Assembly (NCBI RefSeq): GCF_001194135.2
Contig: NC_068983.1
Span: forward strand, 137,723,714 to 137,787,713
Length of the DNA: 64,000 nucleotides
Origin: Octopus bimaculoides
Lineage: Eukaryota
Direction: 5' to 3'
The notes under the pieces are model-generated. The model did not search any database. It was not told where the DNA came from and saw nothing but the letters and a program-made list of their open reading frames with translations. Shown piece after piece: positions 40,570 through 52,813 of the stretch (position 1 is its first letter; the number at the start of each line of letters is the position of its first letter). The position numbers were made by a program, and so were the translations under genes.

Positions 40570-40910
40570 GGTACAGCGTAATCCGTAGGCAGGAGAGGTG
40601 CAGTCAAGGGGGTAGGGGGATCATCGTCATCCTTGTTTTTGAGGCACCGCACTTTGCTCTTATTTGACGCACTTGTAGCAGCGCGGCTTCCTCCCCTCGA
40701 CCTGTATTTTTAAAATAGCTTCATCCCCGATTACCAATCGATCGGGGATTTCTTCAAAGTCCGATGCGGGTTTTTTTTATTGTACTGACATTAAACATGA
40801 ATTCCCATTAATGTCGATGTGCTCCCCAATATTTTCTTTTGCCATTATCCTCGTCACGTCTTTTGGTATTTGATTAAAATTCTTTGTCTTAAGGAACACT
40901 ATCACCCATA
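40570..40910 (-). mobile_element. Tx1/L1-like ORF1 (gag zinc-knuckle) fragment
   Basis: One frame with two stops: VIVFLKTKNFNQIPKDVTRIMAKENIGEHIDINGNSCLMSVQ*KKPASDFEEIPDRLVIGDEAILKIQVEGRKPRCYKC. VEGRxPxCxxC is typical of L1/Tx1 ORF1 knuckles. Confidence 0.55.
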
Positions 40911-41559
40911 CTAGCACCAGTAGTACTGGCAGCAGCAGCAGTAGCAGCACCAGCAACACCAGCACCACCAAGGCCATTTCATACGCTTTATTAAGGCTAC
41001 CGTCATAATTTACAATTATATTGTTTGAACGACTAGAGAGTCTTTAGATAATTGCCGTCAAATCTCCCTCAGATCGTACGCTTTCCATCGTAAGACACCA
41101 AAGATATACAAGATATTGTCCTAGAAACTCTGAATAACAGGCAAGACGGTCATAGTTGAAATGCTTTTCATCATAGAAGGCCTGCTCAATCACAGGTAGA
41201 GTTTGTGCACAGCACGTCTGTCTACAAGACGACTTCACAAAACATGTTCAAGAGGAATCCAATGGTAACGACCAGAGATATTAACATAATATTACTGGTT
41301 TAAAGTGATTAGTAGAGAAGATAATACATTTAAGTAAGAGCACTGCACCCTCATATGATAAACCATTATACATAGTATAGTCTTCAATTAGACGAAAGCA
41401 TAGTATAACTGGAACACTGACTGTTAATTGCTCCTAGTCGTTTGACCGACTACTACGTAATGTAGATTTGCTTGTTCAGGGCTGACTGGAATTAGGCATC
41501 ACCAGTTATAACAGCTACACTAGTTACCAGGTATGTATTGCAACACTAACAACTGTGAG

Positions 41560-41781
41560 CCTTTAGCATTCAGGTTATTCTGTCACATGTAATGTGTGTT
41601 TATTCACCCTGTTTTGAATTAATCATATATTATCTTGTAGCTTTGAGAGTTCGATAAGAGATTGCTTATTTTTAGAATTACATTGTTGGGTAGATGTGAG
41701 AGGTAGGATCTGGTCAGTTTGAACATGAAACAAGTAGAATATTTGGGCCAGACATGGCCGGTTTCAACGTTAAAGGGTTAA
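41560..41781. mobile_element. piggyBac-type MITE (about 220 bp)
   Basis: Left cctttagcatt; right aacgttaaagggttaa (reverse complement ttaaccctttaacgtt). CCCTT termini with a TTAA site on the right; the left TTAA is eroded. Confidence 0.7.
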
Positions 41782-41943
41782 TACTAGATTCTACGTCGGT
41801 CTCGACGATGCGCTTGCTTGATCTACAGAATTCCTAGTCGTGAAATTAACATATAAATGGTTGAGTATATCAGGGCACGTGTACTCTTAGCTTAATTCTC
41901 AAGCCCAATAAGCATGGCGCAGTGAGACAAGAACTGTTGACTT

Positions 41944-41998
<55 letters not shown>

Positions 41999-42359
41999 TT
42001 TGTAGGGAAAGATCGAAAGGATGAATGTAAAGCAAAGCTGATCTCAGAGGGATTTGAAATCAGAGTTACATAAGTCGGAACGAATACCGCAAGGCATTCT
42101 ATCTAACGCTATAACGATTTTGCCAATTTCACCACTTTACAATTTTACTGTAACCAGCAAGAACAAGCAAAAGGCGAACTATCCTCTATTGATTAAGTAA
42201 GAGAAAAAAAAAACGATAAGAAAAGAAAAAGAAAGAAAAGCGAAAGAGAATGTGTCACGAGATTCTAGAAAGATCGGTCTGAATAGAGACTGAAAGAAGA
42301 AAGTAAAGAAAACACGGCATACTGCAAAGGAATCGATGGTGTTTGTAGAATGAATCGAT

Positions 42360-42580
42360 TAGAGAGGCAAGAAAAGCACCAATACTACCAACATCGCGAA
42401 CACCACCACCACAACAACCTCCACCATTATTACGAACAATACTATCAATATAATTACCTCTAACACCCTCAACACTACTAGAAATCCTAGCACTATCAAC
42501 TCAAATAACACTAACACCACCAACAACAAAAACACTTCCAAAACTAACACCAATGCAAACAACAGCAACAACACTATGTG
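42360..42580. repeat. Degenerate (CAA/CAC/TAA)n trinucleotide tract
   Basis: Directly visible. Confidence 0.85.
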
Positions 42581-43164
42581 AACGGAGATGATCGAGAAAA
42601 CGTAAGGTGATAAAGAGAACTTAGAAAAGGAAAGACAAAAAGTGGAAGAAGAATAAAAGATAGCATGAAAACGAAGAAGGCTATCTATCAGACAATGAAT
42701 TTTCTCTGAGCCACTGTCGCTTTTGAATAGTGTAAGATTTCTCACCTGAAGATGGCCGGTTGTAAAATATAAAGGGTAAAGACACGCAGTTTACAAAAGC
42801 AAGGACAGCAATAATTTTATAGCTTTAATTATAGTTGCAGCTTCGAGATAATACTGTTTATCTTTTGAGAATATAAATAGATAGGTTGATAGGTTGGTAG
42901 GCTGTAAGCTATGACGGAAGGCAAGTGGGTTGGCAGGCAGATGTACGCAAACATACACTCACACACACAAACGCACACATATCCGTAAAAGTATGGAGAT
43001 AATATATGAGCAAATAGGATATAGGTATAAAAGCACAAAATTAGGGATATAAAAAAGGAGGGAGATATATTGATTCTAACGTACATAAATAGATAAAATA
43101 CTGGAAAATATATTGGTCTGAGAGTTCAACAGAAGAGGAGAGGTTAGTAAAAAAAAAAGAAAAA

Positions 43165-43619
43165 GAAGCCAAATCGCTATTTTCAGTTCAGGTTTCGTGC
43201 CTATCCTCACCTATGGTCAAGAATGTTGAGTAATGACGCGAAGAGGACGCGAAGAGTACGATCACGAATATAAGCAAACGAATAGGGATCCTTCGAAGGA
43301 TCTCTGGGGTAACATTACTTGAAAGACAAGGAGTCTCTCCAGGTCGAGTCGTTACTTCTCTGCATTGAGAGGTCTCTGCTTTGATATTATGTACACAATT
43401 TGAATGTCACAGAAAAGGATCACAAGACGGATTCTTCAATGCGAGCCAACCTCCAGAAGGCGTAGCAGGTAGACCAAAAATGAAATTGGTCACGCTTGGT
43501 AATCCAGGCGGAAAGTCTAATGACGGTTCCTTCTGCTAGGTACTTAAAGGAAACGGTCCCTGACGACTTTACCTTTCACGGTCCCACCCAAGGAGTAGTC
43601 AATGGAGAAAATGGATGGA
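43165..43619 (+). mobile_element. RTE-clade (Expander/Rex3-like) LINE 3' fragment
   Basis: IAIFSSGFVPILTYGQEC*VMTR; GILRRISGVTLL; LQVESLLLCIERS; RILQCEPTSRR. Ends gaaaatggatgga. Confidence 0.82.
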
Positions 43620-43776
43620 GTTCAATATAGGTCATACACACATATATTTACATAAATAAAGATTTGAGTGATAGAAAGATAGGGAGAGATATATAGAAAT
43701 ATGTATAGAAAGTGTGTGTCTGTTTTTGTGTGTGAGTGTATGTGTGTGCGTACATCTGCCTGCCAACCCATGTATG

Positions 43777-43820
<44 letters not shown>

Positions 43821-44142
43821 NNNNNNNNNNNNNNNNNNNNNNNNNNNNNNNNNNNNNNNNNNNNNNNNNNNNNNNNNNNNNNNNNNNNNNNNNNNNNNNN
43901 NNNNNNNNNNNNNNNNNNNNNNNNNNNNNNNNNNNNNNNNNNNNNNNNNNNNNNNNNNNNNNNNNNNNNNNNNNNNNNNNNNNNNNNNNNNNNNNNNNNN
44001 NNNNNNNNNNNNNNNNNNNNNNNNNNNNNNNNNNNNNNNNNNNNNNNNNNNNNNNNNNNNNNNNNNNNNNNNNNNNNNNNNNNNNNNNNNNNNNNNNNNN
44101 NNNNNNNNNNNNNNNNNNNNNNNNNNNNNNNNNNNNNNNNNN

Positions 44143-44446
44143 ATGTAAACCTCCTTTATTACTTTTATTATTTTTTTATATTTTCCTTTACTATCCTTCA
44201 CCTATCTCCCGTTTTTCTTAGCTCTCCTGTGTGAACTTTCTGTCCGGCAGTCGCCATGATAGATCGCTGACCACGACACTTAAAATTTATTTCTCCTTGT
44301 TTTTCTCCTTATTTCTTTCTGTTGAAGAGCGTAGCTCGAAACGTTAAAGTCTTTCTCTATTCCTGAGCGTTAAACTAATACATCCTTTTGTTGTTTACAC
44401 CACCTGTCCTCGTCTGTTGTTGTTTTTTTCCTAAATTCTCCCATAT
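44143..44446 (+). mobile_element. PLE-associated terminal repeat (same family as 63286-63452)
   Basis: ttgaagagcgtag(g)ctcgaaacgt...ttcctgagcgtt.aact...tgttgtttacac...cctgtc.tcgt is shared between the two copies. Confidence 0.6.
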
Positions 44447-44448
44447 AT

Positions 44449-44735
44449 ATACTGTGTCCCACATTATTAGGCAAATCAAACTTCTCTTTTCACATGGGAT
44501 AAAGTGTGATTCGAAGCAACTCTCGACTTACCTTTATCTACCCTCGACTAGACAGAAATAGGAGACTTCACTGTTCGGTGATCTCTTCCCAGTAATTTTG
44601 ATATTTCTATGGTTGTTTTTCCTTTTCCAAGCTCTGACTTGATGGTAGATTTCTCATTGGTGGTACGATCACATTTCTGACCCATAATGACACTCAAATA
44701 TGGCACCTGTGTAATAATTTGGGACACCAGAAATG
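44449..44735 (-). mobile_element. Tc1-like deletion derivative (transposase N-terminus between inverted motifs)
   Basis: MGQKCDRTTNEKSTIKSELGKGKTTIEISKLLGRDHRTVK (Tc1 N-terminal HTH). The inverted motifs are ctgtgtcccacattatta (44451) and taataatttgggacaccag (about 44712-44730). Confidence 0.78.
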
Positions 44736-44925
44736 TTGCGGCTACCCGATAATGGCCGCCGTTTGTTTTCGTTTGCACAGATCCGATTTATTTTAACAGA
44801 ATGTGTGCAGATAGGCGTTGCCAACAGTCAGTGGGAAAACAACTGGTTTTGAACGAATATAAATTTATTTATTGAGAGATGGTTGATTTGCCTACTAACG
44901 TGCGACGCAGTGTATATATTTATAA

Positions 44926-44926
<1 letters not shown>

Positions 44927-45001
<75 letters not shown>
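44927..45001. repeat. (TATC)n microsatellite
   Basis: Directly visible. Confidence 0.97.
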
Positions 45002-45002
<1 letters not shown>

Positions 45003-45411
45003 GAGTGGCTGTGTGGTAAGTAGCTTGCTTACCAACCACATGGTTCCGGGTTCATTCCCACAGCGTGGCACCTTGGGCAAGTGTCTTCTACTATAGCCTC
45101 GGGCCAACTAAAGCCTTGTGAGTGGATTTGGTAGACGGAAACTGAAAGAAGCCCGTCGTATATATGTATATATATATATATTTGTGTGTATGTGTGTGTA
45201 TATGTTTGTGTGTCTGTGTCCAACATCTCTTGACAACCGATGGTGGTGTGTTTAGGTCTCCACAACTTAGCGGTTCGGCAAAAGAGACCGATAGAATAAG
45301 TACTAGGCATACAAAGAATAAGTCCTGGGGTCGATTTGCTCGACTAAAGGTGGTGCTCCAGCATGGCCGCAATCAAATGACTGAAACAAGTAAAAGAGTA
45401 AAGAGTAAAGA

Positions 45412-45412
<1 letters not shown>
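45002..45412 (+). mobile_element. tRNA-derived SINE with internal (TA)/(TG) tract and agtaaaag tandem tail
   Basis: A-box tggctgtgtgg, B-box gggttcattccc. The 3' part matches the reverse complement of 23168-23450. Confidence 0.9.
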
Positions 45413-45486
<74 letters not shown>

Positions 45487-45487
<1 letters not shown>

Positions 45488-46092
45488 CGTGTTGAGTCAA
45501 AAGTTTTGCAATATTTTGGTAACTTATTTGCTTTATTCATCAAGTTACAGCAAAAACAGAGTAGCATTCAAAATAGAAGCCGTTGCACCATCTGAAACGA
45601 CCTTTGTTCCAGTTCTTCACGCTTATACCAGTTCGTGTTCTTCGAGGCGAAGAATTCTTTCACTGAAGTTTCCACCTCTTGGTTAATGAAGTGTCGCGGG
45701 CGCAAAAAGCGAGCCATGAATCTGAACAAGTAATAATCTGAGGTAGCTAGGTCCGGACTATATGCTGGCTGTGGCATTAGTTCCATTCCCTCAAGTTTCT
45801 GGAGTTTATTCCTGGTCGTTTGAGCAATATGAGCTCATCTGTTATCTTGCTGCAGAAGAGCTCGCTTTCTTTTAACCAGTGCCGGGTATTTTTTGCTGCA
45901 CAATAGCATACGCCCGCTCCAGTTGTTCAGAGTATAGGCTGGCTTCGATGGTTCGACCGTCCGGAACGAACTGATAGAAAGCTAGCTTCAGATGGTGAAA
46001 AAATGATGGTCTCAACTTGGAATACTAGGCTGCTTTAGTTGTAACTTAAGGAATAAAGTAAACAAGTTGGCAATATATTGCAAAACGTAACG
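45487..46092 (-). mobile_element. Internally deleted mariner (D34D) element with about 70-bp imperfect terminal inverted repeats, in a TA context
   Basis: LLQQDNR*AHIAQTTRNKLQKLEGMELMPQPAYSPDLATSDYYLF (YSPDLAPSDY motif). gttttgcaatattttggtaacttatttgctttattcatcaagttacag (45503 on) matches the reverse complement of about 46017-46087. Confidence 0.92.
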
Positions 46093-46117
46093 TATATATA
46101 TACGTGCATATGTATAC

Positions 46118-46170
<53 letters not shown>

Positions 46171-47910
46171 TATATGCACACGCGCGCGCGCGCACACACA
46201 CACACACATTAGATACGATTACACCGGCTCTCATAAAATCATCGAATATATACCGGTTGACGAATTCTCAAAATATTATCGCCCTACACTAAATTTTCAA
46301 AGTTCAGTAGCCATAGATGATCTTGGAAGTGCTGGATAAGTTTATCACGCATGTATGTCTACATATCCATCCATCCATTCATCCCTCCATATATAGAGAA
46401 TGCAAAACATGTGTAGTGAGCTCACAGTCGACTTTTAATAAATACTTTACTTTTTTTCACTGTATTGAGTTCATTTTTCCTACTAAATTGCAATCACACC
46501 CGTGTGATACTATAAATACAGATTTAAAGCATACAAAAGTTAAACATTTTGATATTTTTCACTATTTAATGAGAAAAATTATTTTTCTCGGTTTATTTTT
46601 ATGACAGCATTTTTATTATGCAAAAATAATGTTGACTCCCACTGAAAATCTAGTTGTTTTTAGTTCCTACTGATTAAATTTTTCTTCAAAAACTTAATGT
46701 TTTAAAACAATTTTACGGATGCCAGTAATTAAAAATTTGAAATTATTTTTATAAGACCGAATTAATTACGTCAACAAATTTTTTGAACTGTAATGGCTGT
46801 TTTCATGCAAAACACCCTGACTATAAGAAAGAAATATTTTAAGATGATTTTCCCTCTATCTTGTTGAATGTAACGCAATTTTATCATTCGTTCCTCTTCA
46901 TTCCTTTTTTTTTCTATGCTGGTGAGAATATTTTTATCACTCATTATTAGTTCTCATCTAGAAAAATCTTATTCTGCTTGATATATAAGAAATCTATTTT
47001 TACTTGTTTCTTGCATAACAATTCCAGGAAAATTTAGAAAAGAAATGGTCTCGCACACATCTAATCTCAGAGAATTTGGGCTGCCTCCTCTCCAAGGAAT
47101 CAAATTTATCCTTTCTCTTCAATTATCAATGATTGAAAATATTTTGGTAAAACCTATCAAAATAGAATTTTCTCTGTTTCATCTATTTAAGCCATGTTAA
47201 TAATTATTTTAATTAGTTTTGTTCATTTATGTAATAACACTCGCCTTGTTGTCTTTAAATATTTTATTTTGTGACTTTTTAAAAATTTCTGCGCGTTCCG
47301 AAGTTTGAGCAGCACGACGTTTGACATTTTTTAACTCGTTTCCTATAATCTTAGCTTTCATGTTGCATATATATTATTCTCATAGTAATTGAGAAACAGG
47401 CGTGCAAGGGAAAGCACACACACGTACACACATACATGCGCACACAAATACACACGAACACATGCATATATATGTATATATATATAAATATATATACGCA
47501 TGCACATACTCGTATACACATATACACACACATTTATGTAAATAGTACATCATTCTACATTTAAATATATTTGTGCTCTAGGATTAATGAGAAAAGTAAA
47601 ACGAAAATAAAGACAAAAATATTGAAGTGTTATGTTGAAAATATTTGAACATGTGTCAAAAATTTCGCAAAGTAAGATAACGCAGGAAGTTTCAACCTAA
47701 AGTTGAAAATGAAATAAATGAAATAAATGCATATAAAAATGTTATAACTGCAGTTAAAATATTTTCTCTGTGGTGAAACCTTAGAATAGCGTTCTTCAAT
47801 TACTTCACTGACACAATATACTTTATCATAACAAGAAGGATCATATATATACACACACACATACATATACAAACACTAACACACACATTTGTACGTGCGT
47901 GCAAGCATTG

Positions 47911-48339
47911 AAAACACGACTATGTTCTAAGTTTATCTTTTTTATTAAATTTTTCTCACATCTGCGTATCAGAACCTTATCGTTCGTTTGGAATAATAAA
48001 GTCCCTAAATTCATTTTTACTATCAACGTTTCCAGGTTCTCTTTCAGATATGGAGTTGTTTTAGCTTCTGTGCTACTCTTTTTAAAATGGACGCCTTATA
48101 TTTATATATATTTTCTCGTCAGAACTTGAACATTTATGGGTTAGGGGTCTACATCAATGTATTCGCAACTGCAATGTATGTATGTTGTAAGCCAGTCGTA
48201 GGTTTGCGTTGCGATATTACTATTGCTTCCCTAATCAGTATTCTATCTATGTGAAGCGTTCTATAAAGTCTGGAACTATTTTCTGTTTATGTTTTGTTAA
48301 CTTACTTTGTTTTATGGTAGAAAGTATTACAATTGTTTC
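47911..48339 (-). mobile_element. Penelope-like element 3' end, inverted copy
   Basis: The reverse complement aligns with 48677-49055 (aagagtagcacagaagctaaa; gata/gaa.ttagaacat.gtcg). It encodes RILIREAIVISQRKP, the GIY-YIG C-terminus. Confidence 0.72.
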
Positions 48340-48399
48340 TTGTTTTAAATGCATTGTGAATTTATGAAAAAGTGTTCTGTCTGAATGAACACACTAACA

Positions 48400-49055
48400 C
48401 ATATTTTATCAAAGGAGGAAACAAAAAATGCGTCAAACCAAACTACAAGTTGGCTTTAACAATATATTATAAAATTGCAATATGATTAAAGACCTCCTTA
48501 TTAACAACACACAGAAGGCATGAAAACTTGAGAACAAAATTAGAATGATCAATATAATTTGTAAATTTGTCTGTAAAAGTGAAAGTTGCAAACTCTACAA
48601 TTCCAACTGTTATATTGACCAAACAAATACAACATTCTCTCACTATGAATTTCGATTCACTATCCATATAAAACAAGAAACAATTGCAACCCATTACACT
48701 ACACACCATAAACCAAAACTAGATAGGAAAAAACTTCCATTGGAAAACATTTCCATCAGAAAATACTTCCATTAGAAGACTCATTATTGAAACTATAGAA
48801 ACAACGCAACACAAACCTATAGTTAACGTAAAACATACACATCACAACTACAAATTCGTTGACATGGAACACTAACGCTCCATGGTGAGAAAGTATGTAT
48901 AGGGCGCCTGCTATATAAAGAGTAGCACAGAAGCTAAAGCCATTCTATGTCTGGAAGATGAGATTTAAATATTGATGGTAAAAATAAATTCAGGGGCTGA
49001 TATATAGATACGAGAAAATGTTAATAAAAAGATGAAATTAGAACATTGTCGTTTT
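48400..49055 (+). mobile_element. Penelope-like element, GIY-YIG endonuclease region plus 3' repeat
   Basis: NIICKFVCKSESCKLYNSNCYIDQTNTTFS (GIY...YIGQT motif) ...IKQETIATHYTTHH...RLIIETIETTQHKP. Confidence 0.78.
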
Positions 49056-49176
49056 AGTTAACAGAAGATGTTTAAATGAAAAGCTGTTCCGCATACATAC
49101 AGCATACGAACATACAATTATGCATACACATATTTGGAAAGATATACAGATACATAGATAAAGGGAGAGAGAAAGA

Positions 49177-49210
<34 letters not shown>

Positions 49211-50198
49211 NNNNNNNNNNNNNNNNNNNNNNNNNNNNNNNNNNNNNNNNNNNNNNNNNNNNNNNNNNNNNNNNNNNNNNNNNNNNNNNNNNNNNNNNNN
49301 NNNNNNNNNNNNNNNNNNNNNNNNNNNNNNNNNNNNNNNNNNNNNNNNNNNNNNNNNNNNNNNNNNNNNNNNNNNNNNNNNNNNNNNNNNNNNNNNNNNN
49401 NNNNNNNNNNNNNNNNNNNNNNNNNNNNNNNNNNNNNNNNNNNNNNNNNNNNNNNNNNNNNNNNNNNNNNNNNNNNNNNNNNNNNNNNNNNNNNNNNNNN
49501 NNNNNNNNNNNNNNNNNNNNNNNNNNNNNNNNNNNNNNNNNNNNNNNNNNNNNNNNNNNNNNNNNNNNNNNNNNNNNNNNNNNNNNNNNNNNNNNNNNNN
49601 NNNNNNNNNNNNNNNNNNNNNNNNNNNNNNNNNNNNNNNNNNNNNNNNNNNNNNNNNNNNNNNNNNNNNNNNNNNNNNNNNNNNNNNNNNNNNNNNNNNN
49701 NNNNNNNNNNNNNNNNNNNNNNNNNNNNNNNNNNNNNNNNNNNNNNNNNNNNNNNNNNNNNNNNNNNNNNNNNNNNNNNNNNNNNNNNNNNNNNNNNNNN
49801 NNNNNNNNNNNNNNNNNNNNNNNNNNNNNNNNNNNNNNNNNNNNNNNNNNNNNNNNNNNNNNNNNNNNNNNNNNNNNNNNNNNNNNNNNNNNNNNNNNNN
49901 NNNNNNNNNNNNNNNNNNNNNNNNNNNNNNNNNNNNNNNNNNNNNNNNNNNNNNNNNNNNNNNNNNNNNNNNNNNNNNNNNNNNNNNNNNNNNNNNNNNN
50001 NNNNNNNNNNNNNNNNNNNNNNNNNNNNNNNNNNNNNNNNNNNNNNNNNNNNNNNNNNNNNNNNNNNNNNNNNNNNNNNNNNNNNNNNNNNNNNNNNNNN
50101 NNNNNNNNNNNNNNNNNNNNNNNNNNNNNNNNNNNNNNNNNNNNNNNNNNNNNNNNNNNNNNNNNNNNNNNNNNNNNNNNNNNNNNNNNNNNNNNNNN

Positions 50199-50236
<38 letters not shown>

Positions 50237-50385
50237 GAGACAACAAGGAAGGAAAGAAGGAAGGGAGAAAGTCTACAATTACGAGTGAGAAGACGAGAAA
50301 CAGGAAGAGAGGAAGTTGGGATGCTAGAAAAGGAATATGAGGACGAGAGAGAAAGAAAGAAGATAGAGTCGCAAGAAATATATAA

Positions 50386-50635
50386 AAAAACTTGCTGTTA
50401 ACAAAAGTCGGGATGCGTGGCGTTCAGTTACTCAATAAATATGAAATGCATTAAATACTAGAAAAACGTACACATAAGACAGACCCAGTGTATTAGTATT
50501 TCGGTCAATGACTGATGAAGAATTAGGGTCCTTCTGTGTCTGTCCTATGTGTACATTTTTTAGTATTTAATGCATTTTTCATTCATTGAATAACTGAAAG
50601 CTACGCATCGCGACTTTTGTTAACAGTAAGTTTAT
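50386..50635. mobile_element. Fold-back MITE with about 100-bp terminal inverted repeats, TA-flanked
   Basis: aaacttgctgttaacaaaagtcgggatgcgtggcgttcagttactcaat...gtacacataagacagac pairs with gtctgtcctatgtgtac...attgaataactgaaagctacgcatcgcgacttttgttaacagtaagttt. Confidence 0.9.
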
Positions 50636-50680
50636 ATATATATACGTCTCTCTCTCTCTCTCTCTCTCTCNNNNNNNNNN

Positions 50681-50712
<32 letters not shown>

Positions 50713-50859
50713 CTGTGTGTGTGTCTGTGACTGCTTGCCTACAGATACACTTAACGTGACGTGTTTTTACGCGATGCATTCTATATACAATCCATTACTT
50801 GAATATAGCATAAATAAAACTGAAATCTAAATTAAAAAATCAAATCCTTTATGCAAACA

Positions 50860-52195
50860 TCTGGAAGCATTTTAACGATAACCAGCTTCAAACTTCCTTA
50901 AATACTTTAAAACCTGGGAATTGCATCTCAATCCCTGATATAGCAGTAGTAGAGATGCATCGTGAATAATTTTATGGGTATTTTTTTTCTCGTCACAATA
51001 ACAATTTTTTTGACTTAATATTAACCAACCGCTCTCGAACTATTCATAGCAACTCAGTTGAGAAAACTCTTTCTCCCTGGATCACGACACTTGGTTTTCT
51101 GTAATCTTAGTTCTCAACATTGCAAAACTAAATCAAAAACATTCACCTCAGCACACACATTTGACAATATGGATTTGCACAAATCGCACTAGGGGGCAAT
51201 TAAACATGACCTATCTCTTGTTGAATGCTCTTTCACACACACACTTCCTCTGACATCAAAACGACCTGACAGATATTTGAGGATATAGTTATCAATATAT
51301 GTTCAAACCACGCTCCAACAAAAATCTTTACAAAAATAGAAATAGACCCTCAAGAGCAAAGAGACCTCCTTAGGGTTCATTTTTTTTGAGAAAAAAAAAT
51401 CAAAGAAAATCAAGAGGTTATTAGGAAAATCATTAGAAAAGTTAAGAGATTAAAGAAAAACATTAATCAACTAAAATACAACCAGCAGCAGCGCCCACAA
51501 TCGACATAATTAATAAAGCTCAATTGAAAAAAAGATATCTCCAGAACAGCATGAAAACTATCATCAATAATCAAAGAGCTACAGAAAAAGAGTAGGCCAT
51601 TGAGAAAATCAAATATAGCCCCAAAGTATTCTAATCCTTTGCCAATAAACATATTTCATGCATAGGCCAACTGATTGATGAAAACAGCTTTGATGTCTCA
51701 ATGGTGCAAGAAAATTACGAAAATTCTACAGAAACAATAACGACCTGTCTTCAGTAATTCCACTGACGTTCACTTAGGCAGTATCACTGAAAATAACCTT
51801 AAAATACCATCCCTGACATAACTTTTGAGACACCCAATATCACAGTAGCAATAAATTGAATTAAATATTACTCAGCTGTTGGTGCTGATAAATTCTCCCC
51901 AAGGAATCGGACAGAATTTGTTTTCCATTTCCTTAATGTCTCAAGAAAATCGCTAGACGTAAGTTAAAAATCCGAATATTTCCTATACCAATATATCATC
52001 ATAATTTTTAAAAAGGGAAATAAATCATTTGCAGTAAACTACCATCTGATTGCGCCTTTCATTTTATCAAAGTATTTAAGTGGGTTCTGAGATGAAAGAT
52101 ATTTGATATTCTGGAAAGTAACAATATCATTAAGCTTAACCCAAATTTCCATGTGGCTGAGATTGCTTAATACAGCCTCTACACCACCTTAAGAT
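50860..52195 (+). mobile_element. Strongly degenerate CR1/L2-group LINE (EN-RT linker and RT N-terminus)
   Basis: AIEKIKYSPKVF; SAVGADKF (GPDG-like); IIFKKGNKSFAVNYHLIA (PIFKKGDK...NYRPISL); KIFDILESNNII. Confidence 0.75.
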
Positions 52196-52219
52196 CATTA
52201 TACATACACACACACACGC

Positions 52220-52304
<85 letters not shown>

Positions 52305-52813
52305 GACATACAGACACACAGACACACAGAGTTTACTCCTCCATTAAACTAAGCTTAACAAAAGCGTACTCCATCTAGTGAAAGATAAATATTATTTAAT
52401 GCACACGGTATACAATCACGAGCTACTAATAGTTTCATACATTGGAAATGTAATCTAGACAAGTTTTAATAACGCTCCGTAGGTCTCCAAGTAATCTGCA
52501 GTTTGAAGATTGCTTGAAGACACTCTATACTGTGTACGCCTCACAGCGTTCATACACAAATAATTTTTCTCGTCTGGCCGTAAAGCCTTTTCTGTTTGTT
52601 TTCCTGTCTTGTTTTTTGTCCGCCACTACATTCCTCCATGGCAAGATTTAATTTGTGTATACAAATTTAATTTGCGGTCCATGGGAAGAGCCGTTTTATC
52701 GATGCGTCCTGCCCAGCTCTTCGAAACGCCGGTGTTAAAACGGGGGTAGCTGATGTAGAATGTTCTCTATGTGGCTTGTGTGTTTTCTCGTCTACGTTTT
52801 GTTTGCAATGTCC

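Noticed and set aside
40705-40760. Minus-strand TTGAAGA-ATCCCCGAT...ATCGGGGAT-GAAGC resembling a hammerhead with a 9-bp stem II
   Set aside because: Both cores are mutated, and the stretch reads in frame as part of the ORF1-like peptide (FEEIPDRLVIGDEA), so the hairpin is probably coincidental.
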